Source: Candidatus Spongiisociaceae bacterium
GTDB lineage: Bacteria > Actinomycetota > Acidimicrobiia > Spongiisociales > Spongiisociaceae
Direction of reading: 5' to 3'
DNA length: 64,000 nucleotides
NCBI GenBank assembly: GCA_965262915.1
Contig: OZ253564.1
Coordinates: forward strand, 416,001 to 480,000
The notes beneath the pieces were generated by a model, which did not search any database, had not been told where the DNA came from, and saw only the letters and a list, made by a program, of their open reading frames with translations. Positions 60,552 to 64,000 of this stretch are shown here, in pieces. Numbering within the stretch: position 1 is the first letter of the stretch; each line of letters begins with the position of its first letter. The translations under genes and the position numbers were made by a program.

Positions 60552-60773
60552 ATGCCCCGGTTCTTGAAGCCTGCGTTGAGAAATGTGTCTGAGAGAGACA
60601 TCCAGCGTGCGCTCGACGCCCCGATCTCTAAGGGGCCTATAACTACCCGCCACGGGAACCCTGGACTGTCCGTGAAGGGACTATCAGCGTCGTCGGGGCT
60701 GCCGATATACGTACTCGGGGAGTATGACCCGGACACAGGCGAACTGGTGGTGTACCACGCCCACTGGGCGTAA
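60552..60773 (+). CDS. Small protein resembling RelE/BrnT/DUF4258-like toxins
   Basis: VSERDIQRAL helix, beta-rich middle, C-terminal VVYHA. Confidence 0.5.
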   Translation: MPRFLKPALRNVSERDIQRALDAPISKGPITTRHGNPGLSVKGLSASSGLPIYVLGEYDPDTGELVVYHAHWA

Positions 60774-60802
60774 GGGGGAATCGGCTGGTCGGAACAGCGG
60801 CT

Positions 60803-61060
60803 CTAGAGGGCTGTGATCTTCACCTTGCGGTCTGTAGGCACCCCGTCGTATCCCGACGCGATCCAGATATCTTCGGGCAGGGTCGGGTCGGTGCGGACGA
60901 CGCGGCCGCCTTCATATATGTAACCGTCCGGTAGCTGGCTGATCAGGTAGTCGTCGTGCCTAGCGAAGATGTGGTCGTATGCGCCTGCGTCGGCTTCGTC
61001 GGCCTGACGGAGCAGCCGCGCTTCGAACTCTTCGCGGGTCTCAGTGCGGGTTACCATCAC
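60803..61060 (-). CDS. Small acidic hypothetical protein
   Basis: 85-aa ORF with ADEADAGAYD segment, AAGGTG upstream. Confidence 0.5.
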   Translation of the reverse strand: MMVTRTETREEFEARLLRQADEADAGAYDHIFARHDDYLISQLPDGYIYEGGRVVRTDPTLPEDIWIASGYDGVPTDRKVKITAL

Positions 61061-61220
61061 TGATCACCTTGCCACCGTCGGGGCCGCTTGTCAAGGACAG
61101 CCGAGGTCGCTAGTGCCTTTGCGAAGTCCAGCCGACGCCCAATGCCTCGATTGGTGTCCGGGGGGGGAATCCGAGTGAGCGACGAGGGCCAGGCCCGGTC
61201 GGTCGGGTATCATCACACCT

Positions 61221-61580
61221 ATGACTTCGCCCGCCCGTTCGGTGACCGTATCGCGGACCCGCTTGTTGAGCCGCCCGCCTGTGTCCATCCCCGACGACAT
61301 GGAAGACCGGACGCTGCCGAAAGCGTCCGGGGTTGTGACCCTACCCGGCCATGTGGCCTGGTCAGCGCCCCGCACATTCGACATGGACAACCAGCGCCAG
61401 CTGATAAGCATGTACCAGACGGTGATGACCGAGGGGTTAGACGACGACGTCCGCTACTACATCGACATCGACTTGCTAGTCGAATTGTGGGACGATCTGT
61501 GGCTGTCCCCCTATGTCCGCGAAGCATGGTCAGCGTGGCTGCACGACAGGGGACTGATCGACGACCCCGCTGGATGCTGA
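61221..61580 (+). CDS. Putative antitoxin partner of AbiEii-like nucleotidyltransferase
   Basis: LPGHVAWS..MYQTVMTEG..LWDDLWL..VREAW pattern; overlaps next gene. Confidence 0.7.
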   Translation: MTSPARSVTVSRTRLLSRPPVSIPDDMEDRTLPKASGVVTLPGHVAWSAPRTFDMDNQRQLISMYQTVMTEGLDDDVRYYIDIDLLVELWDDLWLSPYVREAWSAWLHDRGLIDDPAGC

Positions 61581-62188
61581 CCGAACTACAGGAACGGACC
61601 TGGCGGATACTCGCAGCGGTTCCCGAAGCAGACGGGTTCGCGTTAGCGGGAGGCTCAGCGCTGATCCTGACCGGTGTAGTCCAGCGCGGAAGCAACGACC
61701 TAGACGTGTTCGGGACGTACCCTGGGTCAGTCATCCCCTTCGCTGAAGCAGCCCAGCGAGGTCTGACCAGCGAAGGGCTGAACCCGACAGTGGAACTATG
61801 GGGAGAGGGGTTCGTCCGTATGCGAGTCACTGACGGTGCTGACACAACATGGGTGGATATCGCGATCGATGTCCGTCGGCACCCGACGGTTGCAGACCCG
61901 ACCGGACCGGTCCTGAACATCCGAGAGTTAGCAGCCGACAAGATGCTGGCGTTGGTAGGCCGCGTCGCGCCACGCGACTACATCGACGTGTGCGCTATCA
62001 CCCAGCGTCATCACATCAGCGACGTTATCGACTGGGCGTCCGACAAAGACACCGGATTCACCCTTTAGCAGATCAAGGACGCTCTGAAACGGTTCGCCAG
62101 TATCGACCGTGACAGCTTCGAGCTCGACACGGACAGCTACCAGCAGCTACAACGATGGGTAGCCAGCACCCTACAAAACCTGCCCTAG
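61574..62188 (+). pseudogene. AbiEii/type IV TA nucleotidyltransferase with in-frame TAG at 62066-62068
   Basis: LAGGSAL, RGSNDLDVF, ADKMLAL..RVAPRDYID; frame continues 39 codons past the TAG. Confidence 0.8.
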
Positions 62189-62192
62189 CCCG

Positions 62193-62706
62193 ATGATGGA
62201 ATTTGACGGGCTGTTCTTGCGCAACTGTTCGGGGAGGTGGATGATGAGGTCGCCGAACGGGTAGGAGAGCTTTTGCTGGTAGTCGGGGCACCGCCCTGAT
62301 CTTCGCGGGCATGCCTAGGGGGACGGAGGATGTTGATGTCCTTTCCCGCCTGTCTTCGAGGTCCCTGCTCAGAGCGATTCGCGTGGTTGGGGAGCGCCAC
62401 GAATTGCCTCACGACTGGATTAACGACAACATCGCGGGAATCTCCTTTCTCGATCTTTCCGTCTGCGATCTCCGCCTGGTGTGGTCAGGCCGCAATATCC
62501 AAGTATTCCGGCCGGATCTGTCCTACCTTCTCGCCCTGAAACTCAGGAGCGCCCGAGAGAAAGACAGGAGCGACGTACTGTGGCTGATGGGCAAGGTTGG
62601 CATCAGAACGAGAGAGGAACTGCTCAACCTGATCAGGCGGGCCTTCCCCGGTATGCCCATTCCCGAGTACATGGAAGGGTTCGTGGAAACTGTGGCTGAG
62701 GAATGA
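62193..62706 (+). pseudogene. DUF6036-like nucleotidyltransferase with frameshifted N-terminus
   Basis: GTAL..RGTEDVD, LPHDWIND, YLLALKL..REKD motifs; 5' part in other frames. Confidence 0.7.
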
Positions 62707-62966
62707 AGCGGTGCGAAGACTCACGGTGGAGAGAGGCTTGCCTCCGCGTGGACCAGGCTGCCTCTCTACTGGAGAATACCCGCAGAAGCGTTGACCCGAG
62801 AGTGTGGGAGGCCAGAGATCGCTGGGCAGAGGCTGCCCGGGCTTGGTTGAAGGGTACTGCAGGCCTCGATGGTGCCATCGAGGCCTCCATCGGGTTCGAG
62901 GAATCCGCTAGAACGGCAACATCGGGCACCGCTATCCCTGCCGAACATTTACCGGACTCGAGGTGA
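62703..62966 (+). CDS. Small hypothetical protein
   Basis: ATGA overlap with the upstream gene. Confidence 0.4.
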   Translation: MKRCEDSRWREACLRVDQAASLLENTRRSVDPRVWEARDRWAEAARAWLKGTAGLDGAIEASIGFEESARTATSGTAIPAEHLPDSR

Positions 62967-63335
62967 CGTCCTGCCCAGTTCGGAGGTGACGTCCTTCGCT
63001 GCCCCCGAACGAACTCCCTGGTGGGGGGTGGTCGCGAAGACCCCACCAAGAAAGGATGAGTATGACTCCTCCTAATGTCACTGACCTGGTCGCCCGTGTA
63101 GGGACGGCGAAAGTGCCGGCCGTATCTCTAGGGTGCCCGTAGATGATGGGCGGAGAGCCGGAAAACGGTACGCATGATGCCGCTACGTCGGGACGGTCCC
63201 CGGGGGTGTCGTTGGCGGTGGGGTCACCAGCCTCAGCCCGTAGTCACCGCCGTTCGTACCAGTAAACCGACCAGTGCGCTCGGAACCACAAAAGGCCTAT
63301 GATCTGGGGTTCTCAGGTGTACCCGTAAGTAATCG

Positions 63336-64000
63336 GGCTCATCGCGTTTCAGTGGGGAGTGACGGTCGCGAGTAGGTCCCAGTTGGGTTTCCCGGCGTAG
63401 AGAAGGGCGCGGATTCGGTAGTTCGCGAAGTTGGGTAACCCGAACGCTGCTCGTTTGATCCGTTTGATTAGGTTGTTGAGGGCTTCGGTGGCGTCTGTTG
63501 GTTACCTTCGAGATGTGCCAGTTGGTGATCTGGGGGGTCCAGCGGGCGATGGTGCGACCCAGCTTGTTGATCTCGGGTGGGCAGGATTCGTCCTGGAGGT
63601 CGTCTGCGAGCTGGAGGGTGTATCGGAGAGCAAGGACCGGACTCTCGATCCCGTAGATGCCCCGTACCGTTTCGGTTGCGTGCCAGGCTGTGCGTACCTC
63701 CCCGTGGGGGTCACCGGCATCGAGGAGGCCACGCAGCCGTGTTTGACCGCGGTCGCTGATCCTCTCATGCGCGGCGGTGAGGAGGCGGCGTATCCGATAC
63801 AGCGGGTCATCCTTGCGGCCTCTGTGTCCCAGGGTCTCGTTGGGGACCCTTCGTCGTAGGTCGTCGAGACGCTGGTTGGCTAGGCGGATGACACCGAACG
63901 GGTCCGCTACCTGCAGCGCGTGGGGCAGCACCCTGTCATACGCCTTCCGATACGAACCGGACATGACCCGACACCGCCCAGCGGATAGCCTCACACCATT
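63336..64000 (-). mobile_element. ISL3-family element copy 3 (frameshifted, runs off window)
   Basis: Begins GGCTCATCGCGTTTCAGTGGGG; homologous to copies 1 and 2. Confidence 0.92.

Overview
High-GC (actinobacterial-looking; Acidimicrobiia-like by inference only) 64 kb window. The left ~45 kb is mostly metabolic and transport genes. It carries a peptide/nickel-type ABC operon, an NCS2 permease, a DUF433/VapC45-like TA pair, and a cobalamin-riboswitch-controlled btuFCD-cobO operon facing cobT-cobS-(cbiB pseudogene)-cobC-cobU. It also carries an MBL/rhodanese fusion, SucCD-like ligase genes near a SauS-like acylating dehydrogenase, two ThDP enzymes, an arylsulfatase, a CehA/McbA-type metallohydrolase and a Na/Pi transporter, with many gene remnants and a scrambled local duplication. 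The right ~20 kb is an accessory region: IS5, IS110, three ISL3 copies, an IS3 remnant, a dead tyrosine recombinase, a 547-bp exact direct repeat, phnA, a HEPN-motif protein, an SPFH gene and a cluster of TA-like genes. Four observations stand out. (1) An IS110 element sits inside the terminal inverted repeat of an ISL3 copy, and its non-coding end contains four guide-like segments matching both its own junction and the ISL3 end, consistent with a bridge RNA programmed against another IS. (2) A NYN/PIN nuclease gene is followed by an apparently self-contained ~75-nt structured RNA with an extended -10, a hairpin/pseudoknot and a terminator, a candidate type III-like protein-RNA module. (3) A family of six ~105-117 bp MITE-like elements has covarying internal stems. 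(4) A tRNA-like RNA appears to be split by an ISL3 insertion. No CRISPR array, rRNA or intact tRNA was seen. All family assignments are by eye from motifs; no searches were run.
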